Shown here piece after piece: positions 45,092 through 54,721 of a stretch of 64,000 bases of DNA. Position 1 is the first letter of the stretch; every line of letters starts with the position of its first letter. The translations under genes and the position numbers were made by a program. The notes under the pieces were generated by a model. That model was not told the origin of the DNA. It ran no database searches and worked only from the letters and a program-made list of their open reading frames with translations. The stretch spans positions 1-64,000 of IMG/VR virus record IMGVR_UViG_3300044701_000569; one strand, 5' to 3'.

Positions 45092-45940
45092 TTATAGATA
45101 GTCTGTCAACCGCTTGAGCGGTAATCCTTGTGATATTTCTTCTATAGTAAATTCAGTCCAAGCATAATCATTTAACCATTGTTGTCTGTCAGGCATAGAA
45201 GGATTTTCTATATTTTTTAAATCATGCTCTGCTACATTATAGGCAATACTGTTAGGTCCTACTAGTGCAGGAACTCCGTTAACAATACTTTGTATTCCTG
45301 GGTTTGAACTCCAATTAATTGTAGCCCAAATATTTTTAAAATTCATATCAAAACTATCGTAGGTCCCTGCAAGTTGTTGCGGTGTTTGTCGTAGAACGTT
45401 TTTAAATTCTTTTTCAATATCAGGCAGTGGACACCTAGGATGTGGACGTATTATTATAGTTTTATTAGAATACTGTTGAATTTTATCAACAGTTTGAATG
45501 ATCCAATTACTAACATTAGGCATGTCCTGCCACTGTAGGCTTTTATCGTGCTGTGCGCATATTAATATATAATCGCCCTGTGTTCTCCATGGTAGCAGTG
45601 TTAAACCTAGTTGTTCTGCTCGCTCTTTAGAATTATTAGTAGCATAAGGAAATGCAGCAGAGTTTATACCATTTAATCCAACTTTCCATGTTTCACCTCT
45701 TTGGATGCCGCCTACTTCCAAAATAACAATTGGACGTCCTTCTTTTCTAGCCTTTTCCCATATTGCTTTATTTGATCCCATGCGGCCATGCCAAAGCACA
45801 CTCCATATAACATCAATACAATCGTTACTAGGGGTATTGTCAACACAACTATGACCGAGAGCCATAGCCCCAAACCTAAAAGCATCGAACACTGGTTTAG
45901 AATTAAGCGCACCGTATTGTCTCCATAGATTAAATTTCAT
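45092..45940 (-). CDS. KpsS/KpsC-like (capsule synthesis) glycosyltransferase
   Basis: ICAQHD, IRPHP, SSNPG..S...GVP. Confidence 0.55.
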   Translation of the reverse strand: MKFNLWRQYGALNSKPVFDAFRFGAMALGHSCVDNTPSNDCIDVIWSVLWHGRMGSNKAIWEKARKEGRPIVILEVGGIQRGETWKVGLNGINSAAFPYATNNSKERAEQLGLTLLPWRTQGDYILICAQHDKSLQWQDMPNVSNWIIQTVDKIQQYSNKTIIIRPHPRCPLPDIEKEFKNVLRQTPQQLAGTYDSFDMNFKNIWATINWSSNPGIQSIVNGVPALVGPNSIAYNVAEHDLKNIENPSMPDRQQWLNDYAWTEFTIEEISQGLPLKRLTDYL

Positions 45941-46772
45941 TCCAATAAGATTCTTTTCGATCAGTAATTAAGTCTTTGCGTAAACTTTTACCTGAAGTTT
46001 TACGATCCCCTTTCATGTGATCCATCCATGTTCCTAGTACACTGTTTATCAAAGGATGTCCACCACCACCTGTCTTAGCAGTGTTATTGTATATACCATC
46101 ACTGTAATCTAAAGTGCTGTCTTTAAAGTCTTTGTATTTGTCTAAAAGAAAACCAAATATGTAACTGTCATGCCACTCTTCAAGAGTGAATATGCCATTA
46201 TCAGCATCCTCATACATTTTTTCAAAATCCTGTAAGAAGCTATGGCAAACTGGATGATTTAGATTCATTCCGTAAAATCCGCACTCAGGCCAAGTTTGTG
46301 ATCCTTTGCCTCTGCCTACATAGGTAATGTATTTGTTTTCAGGCAGTAGAGATTTAAACTGTTGATGACTCCACGGACTGTGTATGTAGCTGTCAGCATC
46401 CATCCAAACTATCCAAGATCCTGCACGTTTTTCAAACGCATCAAATACCGCATAGGTCTTGTTAGCAAATCTAACAGCATCCCACTTAAATTCTTTATTC
46501 CAATCTCTAGGTCGACGTTCAGGCCACGGACATGTTCCGTTAGCTTTAGGTACATTTTTCCAACGCTCTTTAAATGCAGAAAGTTTAGGTAATGCGGTAG
46601 CAGAGTCTATTATTGTTATCTGTTCACTGTCAGGATTAATAGGGGTGCAGTTTTCTGTATACGCTAGAAGTTTTATCCGCTTGTCTATATTCTTTGCAAA
46701 GCTGTCTAGGAATCTTTGAGCATAAAGATCAAGACCAGCTTTGTGAAATGTTGTTACTACTGTGATAGTCAT
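45930..46772 (-). CDS. GT-A fold glycosyltransferase
   Basis: VWMDAD (DxD), ECGF, EWHDSYIF, H.KG. Confidence 0.7.
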   Translation of the reverse strand: MTITVVTTFHKAGLDLYAQRFLDSFAKNIDKRIKLLAYTENCTPINPDSEQITIIDSATALPKLSAFKERWKNVPKANGTCPWPERRPRDWNKEFKWDAVRFANKTYAVFDAFEKRAGSWIVWMDADSYIHSPWSHQQFKSLLPENKYITYVGRGKGSQTWPECGFYGMNLNHPVCHSFLQDFEKMYEDADNGIFTLEEWHDSYIFGFLLDKYKDFKDSTLDYSDGIYNNTAKTGGGGHPLINSVLGTWMDHMKGDRKTSGKSLRKDLITDRKESYWNEI

Positions 46773-47701
46773 TTTATTGCCCACTTTCTAAGGTGACGCC
46801 AGGCAGATCCGTCTTTAAGTTCGTCTAAAGTCCAGTGCATCTGTGCCATACGATGTATCCAAGATTCTCTATCAAAATCTCTAGGATTTTCTATATAAGA
46901 AAAAATAGAATGTGCAACATCTTTTGCTTGGCTGTTGTTTGAATCTGTTAAGAATACTGGAATACCTTCAATAGCTGCAACTACTCCAGGACTTGAGTTA
47001 TGATTAACTACTGCACTTGCTGTTTTAAAATCATCCATAATATTAGCTGAATGTGAAATTATAACATTTTGTAGTCTGTATCTAACTAGATCTCTTTTAT
47101 GATTTAATACATTCTTATCACCAGGATGAAATCTAACCATAATAGGTTTTTGTGTACACTTCTGAATATCTTTAATTGTTTTAATTAGCCACGGCATAAG
47201 AGGTTGATTATTCATACTCCAGCCGCCGTCTCGCTGACAACAAATTAAAATATAACGTCCGTCTTTTTTCCAAGGCTTTAAGTCTATACCTAATCTTTTT
47301 TTAATTAGTTCCCATCTAGCAGGATCAGGATTGCTGTTACAATATTCCCCAGTTGACGGAAAAATTCCATCATAACTATATCTTAAAAATTTTTGAGAAT
47401 TGCCGGGGTCAGCGTATAGAAAAAGATTACTATCTACAATAATAGTTCTTTTTCCTCTACGTGTTTGTGTATTATAAACATCTTGTCTTAACTTTAGGTG
47501 AGGAGCATTTTTCTTATTATCATGCACAAATCCCTGTATAACTCCAACATCAGTATCAATTGGATTGTAGTCACATACTATAGTTCCCTTATCTCCAGCA
47601 GCCCATACACCTTCTATAAAGTTAACAATGATTTGTGGTTTTTCAGGATTGGTGTTACCTGGAGGTATGCCCATTAGATACGCTGCTACATTTAATGTCA
47701 T
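46769..47701 (-). CDS. KpsS/KpsC-like glycosyltransferase
   Basis: ICCQRD, VRFHPGD, NSSPGVVAAIEGIPV. Confidence 0.55.
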   Translation of the reverse strand: MTLNVAAYLMGIPPGNTNPEKPQIIVNFIEGVWAAGDKGTIVCDYNPIDTDVGVIQGFVHDNKKNAPHLKLRQDVYNTQTRRGKRTIIVDSNLFLYADPGNSQKFLRYSYDGIFPSTGEYCNSNPDPARWELIKKRLGIDLKPWKKDGRYILICCQRDGGWSMNNQPLMPWLIKTIKDIQKCTQKPIMVRFHPGDKNVLNHKRDLVRYRLQNVIISHSANIMDDFKTASAVVNHNSSPGVVAAIEGIPVFLTDSNNSQAKDVAHSIFSYIENPRDFDRESWIHRMAQMHWTLDELKDGSAWRHLRKWAIK

Positions 47702-48513
47702 TGTTCACCTTCTTGTAATATTTTCCAAGCAAATCCGCTTTCAAATTCCATGCAGGTAAATTGTGCATAAGAAAGATGAGCAAAGTATGCTTCTGTTTCA
47801 TCCTTAGTAGGTATACGAGGATTTTCTATGTTTGCTAAATTTGTTTCACAAATTAATTGTGCAGAGTTAGGTCCTAGTGTAATAGCAGGTTTACCCTCCA
47901 TTAGCGCCTCAGTAGCTGCTATACTATTGTATGTTACTAGACAATGAACATCATCAGCTAAAGCAGCTTGTATTGTCTTAGTTGTAACTCTTTCAGATCT
48001 TAACGGTTTCATCCGAACATCAATTGGTCGATCAGTATGCTGTTTGATTTCTTTAACAGTCTTTTCCACCCATTCTTCTGCTGTACCTTCATTAAACATG
48101 TTCATTACTTTGTTTGATGGAGGACATACTAAAATTTTAGATCCCTCAGTATACGGTTTAAATTTATAACCAATTTGCTGTAGTCTATCAAACGGACGTT
48201 CTTTTATTGGGCCTATATTCTGTAGATTATTTTTAGTAACTCTATGCCAAGTTTTATGTTTCCAATTTCCAAAATATCCTGTGTCAATTGCATAAAATGT
48301 TCGACCAGCAGCTATACAACTTTTGATTGCTTTTTGACTGCCGCCGCCAAGACCTCTAATAATAAGGATGTTGTCAGTGTTTTCTTCCTTACTCCAATTT
48401 GAAGGTATGCCGCTGGCTCCTGTAATAAATGCTGTTAAAATAGGATCGTAGTCATGTCCTTTTTTTGCGTAGTTAACACTGCCTATAGAATCTAGTGCTG
48501 CTATTTTACCCAT
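47698..48513 (-). CDS. KpsS/KpsC-like glycosyltransferase
   Basis: IDTGYF, VRMKP, VTYNSIAATEALMEGKP. Confidence 0.5.
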   Translation of the reverse strand: MGKIAALDSIGSVNYAKKGHDYDPILTAFITGASGIPSNWSKEENTDNILIIRGLGGGSQKAIKSCIAAGRTFYAIDTGYFGNWKHKTWHRVTKNNLQNIGPIKERPFDRLQQIGYKFKPYTEGSKILVCPPSNKVMNMFNEGTAEEWVEKTVKEIKQHTDRPIDVRMKPLRSERVTTKTIQAALADDVHCLVTYNSIAATEALMEGKPAITLGPNSAQLICETNLANIENPRIPTKDETEAYFAHLSYAQFTCMEFESGFAWKILQEGEQ

Positions 48514-49180
48514 TCATCATATCCTGTAGTTCTTTTTTCCATAGTTTGTGAAATTCACAATTACGATAATTCTCAAACCACGGGCCGCCTTCGGTGTAAT
48601 GTAATAATTTAGGTTTTTCTAAATCATCGTATACACCTACCAAATAATTCCACGTATGGTCTAGCTCACCAATTTCTTCATCAGCAAGCCAGCTAAACCT
48701 ATGTAAATATGCTCCATTTATTTCTAAGCTATTAACAAGATCCATGTCTAACTTTTTATTACTAGGATGACTGCAATTAAATAGGACAACACTTGACCAA
48801 TTTTTTCTAGGATAGATTGTTTGCTTTTGGCCATCCATCTTAGTGCCTTCCTTGACCCTATAATCATGCTTGACACACATTACTGCATACTGATCGTCAG
48901 CACAATCAAATAACTCTTTGATGTCAGTTGTAAGTATTATGTCACAGTCTATAAACAGTGCCCATCCTTCAAAGTTTGTAAGTTCAGGTACAAGAAATCT
49001 TGTAAACGTAAACTCTGTACTTGCTAGTTTATCAACTGGACGACTATACCATCCCGCATCTCGTAACTCTTGTTGCTTTAGTGGTCGAACGTCTGCAGAT
49101 GGCTGCTTGCTTAGGATACTGTGCTTGCACACCTGATATGCAATATCTTCTCTTGGATCATAACCAACAAATACTTTCAT
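48506..49180 (-). CDS. GT8-like glycosyltransferase
   Basis: VGYDPRE, STEFTFTRFLVP, FIDCD, YPRKNWSS, WNYLVG, HYTEGGPW. Confidence 0.8.
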   Translation of the reverse strand: MKVFVGYDPREDIAYQVCKHSILSKQPSADVRPLKQQELRDAGWYSRPVDKLASTEFTFTRFLVPELTNFEGWALFIDCDIILTTDIKELFDCADDQYAVMCVKHDYRVKEGTKMDGQKQTIYPRKNWSSVVLFNCSHPSNKKLDMDLVNSLEINGAYLHRFSWLADEEIGELDHTWNYLVGVYDDLEKPKLLHYTEGGPWFENYRNCEFHKLWKKELQDMMNG

Positions 49181-49929
49181 TGATCACGTCTCTCTATATC
49201 TTCTTCAATGCACATTTCGCCGTGTTGTATTTCAAGAATATGACACGGCTTAGTAGTAATATTAAAACCTCTGTGCCATACTTCTTTACCTATGTCGTAG
49301 TCTGTATTTTCGTCAAGTTGTATAGTACACTTTGATCCAAGAAAATCTGTTTCAACTTTACAGGATCCTTTTAAGACATACCAATGTTCTGCTCTTTTAA
49401 AATGTCGTTGCATAGAGAGACTCTTTCCAGGTTCTATAACGAGTTCTTTAACTTTATAACTTTTTTTATCATCTAACACTCGATACCACCCCCAAGGTCT
49501 TGCAGTCTTTGGAGCTTTCCATTCTTCTAATATCCAACTGCTAGAATTTGCTTTATTTTCGCCACCTACTCCAAAAACAAATTCAACATCGTTAAAAATC
49601 ATTTCAGGAATATTGTCTTTGGTTCTATCTCCGCCGTTGGCAAAAATAATTTCATCGTTGGGGTATTTTTCTTTAACTTTGCGAATAGCGTCTATTGCAG
49701 AATTATCACTATCGTCAAATGCGATGACTTCGCCTACCATATGTAGGTTGTCTAGGACTACCATTCTTTCTCGCCAGGGCATGAAAGGTCTTCCTTTTTT
49801 ACGAGTAAGCCATTCATCGGAGTTTAAACCAACAACTACATGATCGCCCAAATGATCAGCGTGATTGAGATAAGAAATATGCCCTGAATGTATAGGATCA
49901 AATCCGCCAGTAACTATTACTATTTTCAT
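49177..49929 (-). CDS. Cytidylyltransferase (HIGH-type) fused to a mannose-6-P-isomerase-like cupin
   Basis: GGFDPIHSGH, NSD.WL.RKKG, ANGGDR, SSS; RPWG.Y, SMQRH..RAEHW, EEDIER. Confidence 0.85.
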   Translation of the reverse strand: MKIVIVTGGFDPIHSGHISYLNHADHLGDHVVVGLNSDEWLTRKKGRPFMPWRERMVVLDNLHMVGEVIAFDDSDNSAIDAIRKVKEKYPNDEIIFANGGDRTKDNIPEMIFNDVEFVFGVGGENKANSSSWILEEWKAPKTARPWGWYRVLDDKKSYKVKELVIEPGKSLSMQRHFKRAEHWYVLKGSCKVETDFLGSKCTIQLDENTDYDIGKEVWHRGFNITTKPCHILEIQHGEMCIEEDIERRDQ

Positions 49930-50017
49930 ACATATATTTATGTGCGCACTTAACTGGCATTGTGCGTTAAGGCAGAAGTTGAATTTGCAGAGTTTATTGT
50001 ATTATTTGATAACTCTT

Positions 50018-50581
50018 TTAAACATTAAGTTCAAACAATCTTGCTTCAATACTATTGGTTTTTTTCTTTTTTGAATAGGTATAATTAAAGGTTTTTATTT
50101 CTTTTAAAAATAATACAGATGATATAGCTTTGCTAACTTCTTCCATATTTGAATCATCTACTAAAATATATCTAATATTATTTTCTTTAGCAATCATAAT
50201 ATCGTTTAAAGCAACTTCATAACTATGGCCGCCATCAATAAAAATTAAATCTGCTTCAGGAAATTTAAATTTATTATTGATAATGTCTTGTCTAAGATCT
50301 AATGTATTATATGTAAAAAAATTGTGTCGATGAACAAATTTCTGTTTAACTAAATCTGCGCCTTCTTGTGTCCTACTATTTCGATTAATATCAAAACTGT
50401 TTATCGAAACGTCATCAAACAGGCTTAAAATAATAGTACTACTATGTCCAACATTAAACCCAATTTCAATTAATTTTTTAAAATTAGTTATATCTTTAAC
50501 AGTAGTCCACAATGATATAATATCTTCTTGCAGTTGCATATGCCCTTCTATAGGCTTAGGTAAAAAACTTGTATCAATCAT
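50018..50581 (-). CDS. Class I SAM-dependent methyltransferase
   Basis: EIGFNVGHS, LIFIDGGH, VDD. Confidence 0.8.
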   Translation of the reverse strand: MIDTSFLPKPIEGHMQLQEDIISLWTTVKDITNFKKLIEIGFNVGHSSTIILSLFDDVSINSFDINRNSRTQEGADLVKQKFVHRHNFFTYNTLDLRQDIINNKFKFPEADLIFIDGGHSYEVALNDIMIAKENNIRYILVDDSNMEEVSKAISSVLFLKEIKTFNYTYSKKKKTNSIEARLFELNV

Positions 50582-51150
50582 TTTGTCAAATCCCATGTAA
50601 AACTAAAATTCTGTTTTTTAACAGTAACAATGTTTTGATTATCAAACTTAATGTCAACTATACCGTTATTAATCATAACATCATTTGGCATAACGCCGTT
50701 TGTTTGCGAAAAATTTATTAATTTCCTAGCTCCTTGTGGAGACACACAATAGCCTGCACCGCTTGCCCACCATTGACCAATATAAATTGGTTTGGCTTGA
50801 AATCCTATTACAAATTTATAAACATCTTGAAATTCAATTTTAGGAAAAGAAGTATGCACAACAGCATCATGTTCTAAAATACAGATCGGTTCGTTTAATT
50901 CGATTGCTTTTTTCCAAAGATAATAATGACTTAAAAAACATCCTAAAGTTCCGGGCCTTAAAAAAGATGTTTTACTTTTCTTGTGTTTTAAATTTACAAA
51001 TAAGTTATGTTCTTCAAGTGAAGTATTAATTCCGTTAATACCTTCAAAATAATTTATGTTCCAACCGTAATTTAATGCACTAGAATAGGTTTGTTCAGCC
51101 CACTTAACACTATTTGAGTAATCACTAAGTCTGATAATAAAAGATTTCAT
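50578..51150 (-). CDS. GT25-family glycosyltransferase
   Basis: GCFLSHYYLW, ILEHDA, Y.VSP.GA.KL. Confidence 0.8.
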   Translation of the reverse strand: MKSFIIRLSDYSNSVKWAEQTYSSALNYGWNINYFEGINGINTSLEEHNLFVNLKHKKSKTSFLRPGTLGCFLSHYYLWKKAIELNEPICILEHDAVVHTSFPKIEFQDVYKFVIGFQAKPIYIGQWWASGAGYCVSPQGARKLINFSQTNGVMPNDVMINNGIVDIKFDNQNIVTVKKQNFSFTWDLTK

Positions 51151-51788
51151 AATAAAAATTTTTCATAAAGATAAAGATACTTATCAGACGTCTTTTGATT
51201 TCCTTTTAACGTAAAAAATGCACTTTCTCGTATACTTTTACCATAAGACATCCATACATGAGATAACTCTTTGAAATCGTATCTTTTAGACAACTGATCA
51301 AGAATTATTTGATCTCTACCTATCTGCCATTCTTCTATTGGTTTAGATAATAATTCGCTAGCATAGTCTTTGGCAAACTTAACACTATTAAATGTAACAA
51401 ATCCTGCAAGCCAATGTCCTGCCTTTCTGTGTTTGAGTACATTAATGTTATCAAATATTTCTTGAAATTCGCACTCGTCAAAATCTCTAGTACAGATTGT
51501 ATCAGCATCTAGTGTGATGAAAAAATCTTCGTTAGAAATTTTGTCTGCTACTGCTAAAAATCTTGCTGATTGGAGGTAAGAAATACGAGATTCTTCAGAT
51601 GCAAATTCTCTTGTTTCAAACGAGTAGTTTACATAAGGAAGCCTATCATTTTCATCTGGATTTACTATATGACAATGTAAAGATCCTGCTAACCAAGAGT
51701 TCCTAAGAAATGTAGTTTCTAAAAGAGTCTTACCCCAGTCGTCGTAATATTTTTGATCGCAGGCAATTAAAATATTAAAGTGAGGCAT
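51147..51788 (-). CDS. GT-A fold glycosyltransferase-like protein
   Basis: RFL, LDAD, AGFV, DQ.IL. Confidence 0.55.
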   Translation of the reverse strand: MPHFNILIACDQKYYDDWGKTLLETTFLRNSWLAGSLHCHIVNPDENDRLPYVNYSFETREFASEESRISYLQSARFLAVADKISNEDFFITLDADTICTRDFDECEFQEIFDNINVLKHRKAGHWLAGFVTFNSVKFAKDYASELLSKPIEEWQIGRDQIILDQLSKRYDFKELSHVWMSYGKSIRESAFFTLKGNQKTSDKYLYLYEKFLL

Positions 51789-52233
51789 CTTCCATACCTG
51801 CTACACGTAGTTTGACAATGTTTGTAATCTGCCATTGCTTTTGATCCAGTGCTTTAAGTACACCTAACCATTTATTTCGCATAAGAGCAAATTCATTGAT
51901 AATCTTTTCATAATCAACTACGTCAGCTTCACCGTCTACGTATTTTTCTACGTCACGACTGGACAGAGCTCGTTGATAATTTTCAAGATATTTTTTGAAG
52001 TAAGAACTACGTAGACGTCGTAGTTCTATATTTAGATATTCTAGTACTGCTTCAATTTCTTGAAGCTGATTAAATCGATGTTCAACAAGACCGGGCATGC
52101 TGGCAGCAGCCCGTTCTATGTTTCCTGCTAACTTAACTTCAGAACGAGCTGCTTCCAGCTCGTCTTCAAAGTATTGTATTGCATTTGGAATTTCAGAAAT
52201 ATCTCTCGATACTTTACTGTACCATCCCATCAA
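51775..52233 (-). CDS. uvsY: UvsY-like recombination mediator
   Basis: Helical; KY.ENY...LSSRD.EKYVDGE, C-terminal LRVAGMED; adjacent to uvsX. Confidence 0.7.
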   Translation of the reverse strand: MMGWYSKVSRDISEIPNAIQYFEDELEAARSEVKLAGNIERAAASMPGLVEHRFNQLQEIEAVLEYLNIELRRLRSSYFKKYLENYQRALSSRDVEKYVDGEADVVDYEKIINEFALMRNKWLGVLKALDQKQWQITNIVKLRVAGMEDASL

Positions 52234-52466
52234 TAGTCCTCGTCTGGTTCTTCGTCGTAACCGTCACTATAGTCATTTTCTAGATAATAATTAATAGCTT
52301 CGTCAAGTTCATTATCAGTACCAATAACTTCTTCAAGTATTTCGTCACTTACACCATAGTCGGCAAGTAGATCAACGTACTTTTCTGCTACAATATCTAA
52401 CTGCTTCTTGTCGATATACTCTTTAAACATTATCCAAATATCGGCAATTTGACTTTCATTCAACAT
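52230..52466 (-). CDS. Small acidic hypothetical protein
   Basis: ORF track. Confidence 0.65.
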   Translation of the reverse strand: MLNESQIADIWIMFKEYIDKKQLDIVAEKYVDLLADYGVSDEILEEVIGTDNELDEAINYYLENDYSDGYDEEPDEDY

Positions 52467-53547
52467 CGTGTTCGAGCTCCTCGTTATAGTCATTAGACAC
52501 TAATACAGTGTCAGGGGTATTTACCAAAGTCGACTTTTTATTTGGAAAATCTTCCATGACCATTTCGAGTAGCTCACCGGACCAGTTCTTTCTGTACTCC
52601 AGTGTTTCCTTGCCGCTTGAATCAATATACTTGTAACGATTACCGCTCTTCTCAAGAATTCCCCACTTCTCAAACATGTCAAACAGACCGCTGTATGGAT
52701 CCATGCCTGTTTCATAAGGAATCTTAACCTGTACACCTTCAAAAGGTTTAGCATAGCGTGTCTTCATAACCTTACAGGCTGCACGAATGCCGTTTACTTC
52801 TGAAGTCTTGTTACCGTCCTCGTCTTCCTTGAGCTTGAGCTTCTTCATAGCAACAACAATACTTGATGCGTAAATGAAGCCAGCGCCGCCTGAGATCTTG
52901 TCATCTGGATCAAACATGTCTTGGCTAGCGTAGGTATGATTAGTAACAACCATTCCAACGTTGTGGCTACCAAACATGTTTACACAGTTAGTAACTAAAG
53001 CCTTAAGTGCCTTGGCCTTACGACCCATGTCACCTTTCATGTCGCCTGCTTCAAATTGATTAACTTCAGTTGGGGTCATTAGCATGCCTAACGAGTCAAT
53101 AACAAACAGTACCTTTGGACGATCTTTTTCGTCCATCTCTTTGTAGTCTTTCATAAAGACAGAAATTGTCTTGCCTACATCGTCAATCATTGCCATATTG
53201 AGCTTGAGCAACTTGTCTTCTGAAGTTTCTACATCAAGTGCTTGTAACCAAGATTCGTCCAGCGCATTTTCTGAATCAACCAGCACAACAAAGATACCCT
53301 GTGCTTGTGCGTTGCGTACAATGTTGCCAGAACAGATATAGCTCTTGCCGGAACCAGATTCTCCAGCAAAAACAGAAACCTTGCCCAGCGGAACACCCTT
53401 CCTAAAGTCGCCGCTGATAAGATAGTTAAGGGCATAGTTACCAGTTGAAACCCAATCAGTAGGGTCGTTAAAACCAGCACTCATGCCTGTGATAGATTTT
53501 GTTAGTTGTGTCCTAAATTTAGTAGGATCGAAAGCCTTTACTGCCAC
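52456..53547 (-). CDS. uvsX: RecA/UvsX recombinase
   Basis: GESGSGKS, DSENA, VIDSLG, NHTY, SGG.G..YASS, KTR; GTG start with AGGAG SD. Confidence 0.92.
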   Translation of the reverse strand: MAVKAFDPTKFRTQLTKSITGMSAGFNDPTDWVSTGNYALNYLISGDFRKGVPLGKVSVFAGESGSGKSYICSGNIVRNAQAQGIFVVLVDSENALDESWLQALDVETSEDKLLKLNMAMIDDVGKTISVFMKDYKEMDEKDRPKVLFVIDSLGMLMTPTEVNQFEAGDMKGDMGRKAKALKALVTNCVNMFGSHNVGMVVTNHTYASQDMFDPDDKISGGAGFIYASSIVVAMKKLKLKEDEDGNKTSEVNGIRAACKVMKTRYAKPFEGVQVKIPYETGMDPYSGLFDMFEKWGILEKSGNRYKYIDSSGKETLEYRKNWSGELLEMVMEDFPNKKSTLVNTPDTVLVSNDYNEELEHDVE

Positions 53548-53571
53548 TGTAATCTCCTATTAGAAAGTTAG

Positions 53572-53598
53572 AAAGGGGCGACACTGCGCCGCCCCTTT
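53572..53598 (-). terminator. Intrinsic terminator after the SSB gene
   Basis: AAAGGGGCG...CGCCCCTTT inverted repeat. Confidence 0.75.
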
Positions 53599-53605
53599 GA
53601 AGCTA

Positions 53606-54595
53606 TTAACCGTTTTGACGTGCGCGGATCATCGCTAGGATGTCTTTGGCGCCACCGTTGCTTGCGGGTGCTTCTGTCTTTGGAGCAGGAGCTGCCTTTG
53701 GAGCCGGAGCAGGTTCGTCATCATAATCTTCTGCAACAGCAGGAGCAGTACGACTTGTTGCTGTAGCATTTGCACTAGCAGCAACCTGCGGATCACCAGT
53801 CTTAGAACTTACACCTGCTGGGCGGAAATATTGGCTCCAGCGATCGGCGTCATATGCTTCGCCGTCTACTGATGCTTCAAACATTTCCTTGAGCACCTTA
53901 AGTTCAACATCAGTTGGCTTCTTGGGCAGGAAGTCGCTGAGATTGAAAAGACCATGATCATTAATAGCCTTCATCTCTGTGTCAGTTAGTGGACGCTCGC
54001 GACGTGCCCAAGTACTAGTACCATAGTCTGCATAACCACCCTTTGAAGTCTTGTTCAAACGGAAGTCAACACCATGTGTATAGTCTGTGGGTAGTTCTTC
54101 CATATCAGGATCCATCAATGATGCCTTGATAATTTGGAAGATTTGAGGACCGATAATAAATCGGCGGATTGGATTCTCTGGGCGAGAATCTTCGTTAATA
54201 GGATTGTCAGTAACAAAACCTTGGAAAATGTAAGAACGCTTCTTCCAGTACTTACGACCCATGTCTTCTAAACTTGGGTCCTTGAACCAACCGCGTACTT
54301 CGTTTAGAATTGGACAGCTTTCTCCATACATCTCCATGCATGGTACTTGTACTTGTACAGGTCGACTGTCAGTTTCGCCCTTGATGCCTGCAAAAGGCAG
54401 CTTAATCATTAGGCGTTCTGCCCAAAAATATTCAGCGTTGGGATTACCGTCTGGAAGGAATCGTAGTGTTGAACTCTGACCTTCCTGCATGTTCCAGAAT
54501 GGGAAAATTGCGTTGTCGCCACCGGTTGTGGCCTTACCTGTTGAGCGTGTTTCTTGCTCTTTGAGCTTTGCTCTGATTTCTGCTAATGATGCCAT
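53606..54595 (-). CDS. Single-stranded DNA-binding protein (T4 gp32-like)
   Basis: LRFLPD, C.....CPI, YWKKRSY, YADY..S.W; adjacent to uvsX. Confidence 0.85.
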   Translation of the reverse strand: MASLAEIRAKLKEQETRSTGKATTGGDNAIFPFWNMQEGQSSTLRFLPDGNPNAEYFWAERLMIKLPFAGIKGETDSRPVQVQVPCMEMYGESCPILNEVRGWFKDPSLEDMGRKYWKKRSYIFQGFVTDNPINEDSRPENPIRRFIIGPQIFQIIKASLMDPDMEELPTDYTHGVDFRLNKTSKGGYADYGTSTWARRERPLTDTEMKAINDHGLFNLSDFLPKKPTDVELKVLKEMFEASVDGEAYDADRWSQYFRPAGVSSKTGDPQVAASANATATSRTAPAVAEDYDDEPAPAPKAAPAPKTEAPASNGGAKDILAMIRARQNG

Positions 54596-54721
54596 AGTAT
54601 ATGCCTCCTATAATGTTGCCTATGTGCTTTGTGCCTAAATTGTGTAGCACTATGTATATACTACACTGTTTTATTTATCTTGTCAATAGTGATTTGACAA
54701 AATAATGAATGAACTAGCGAA

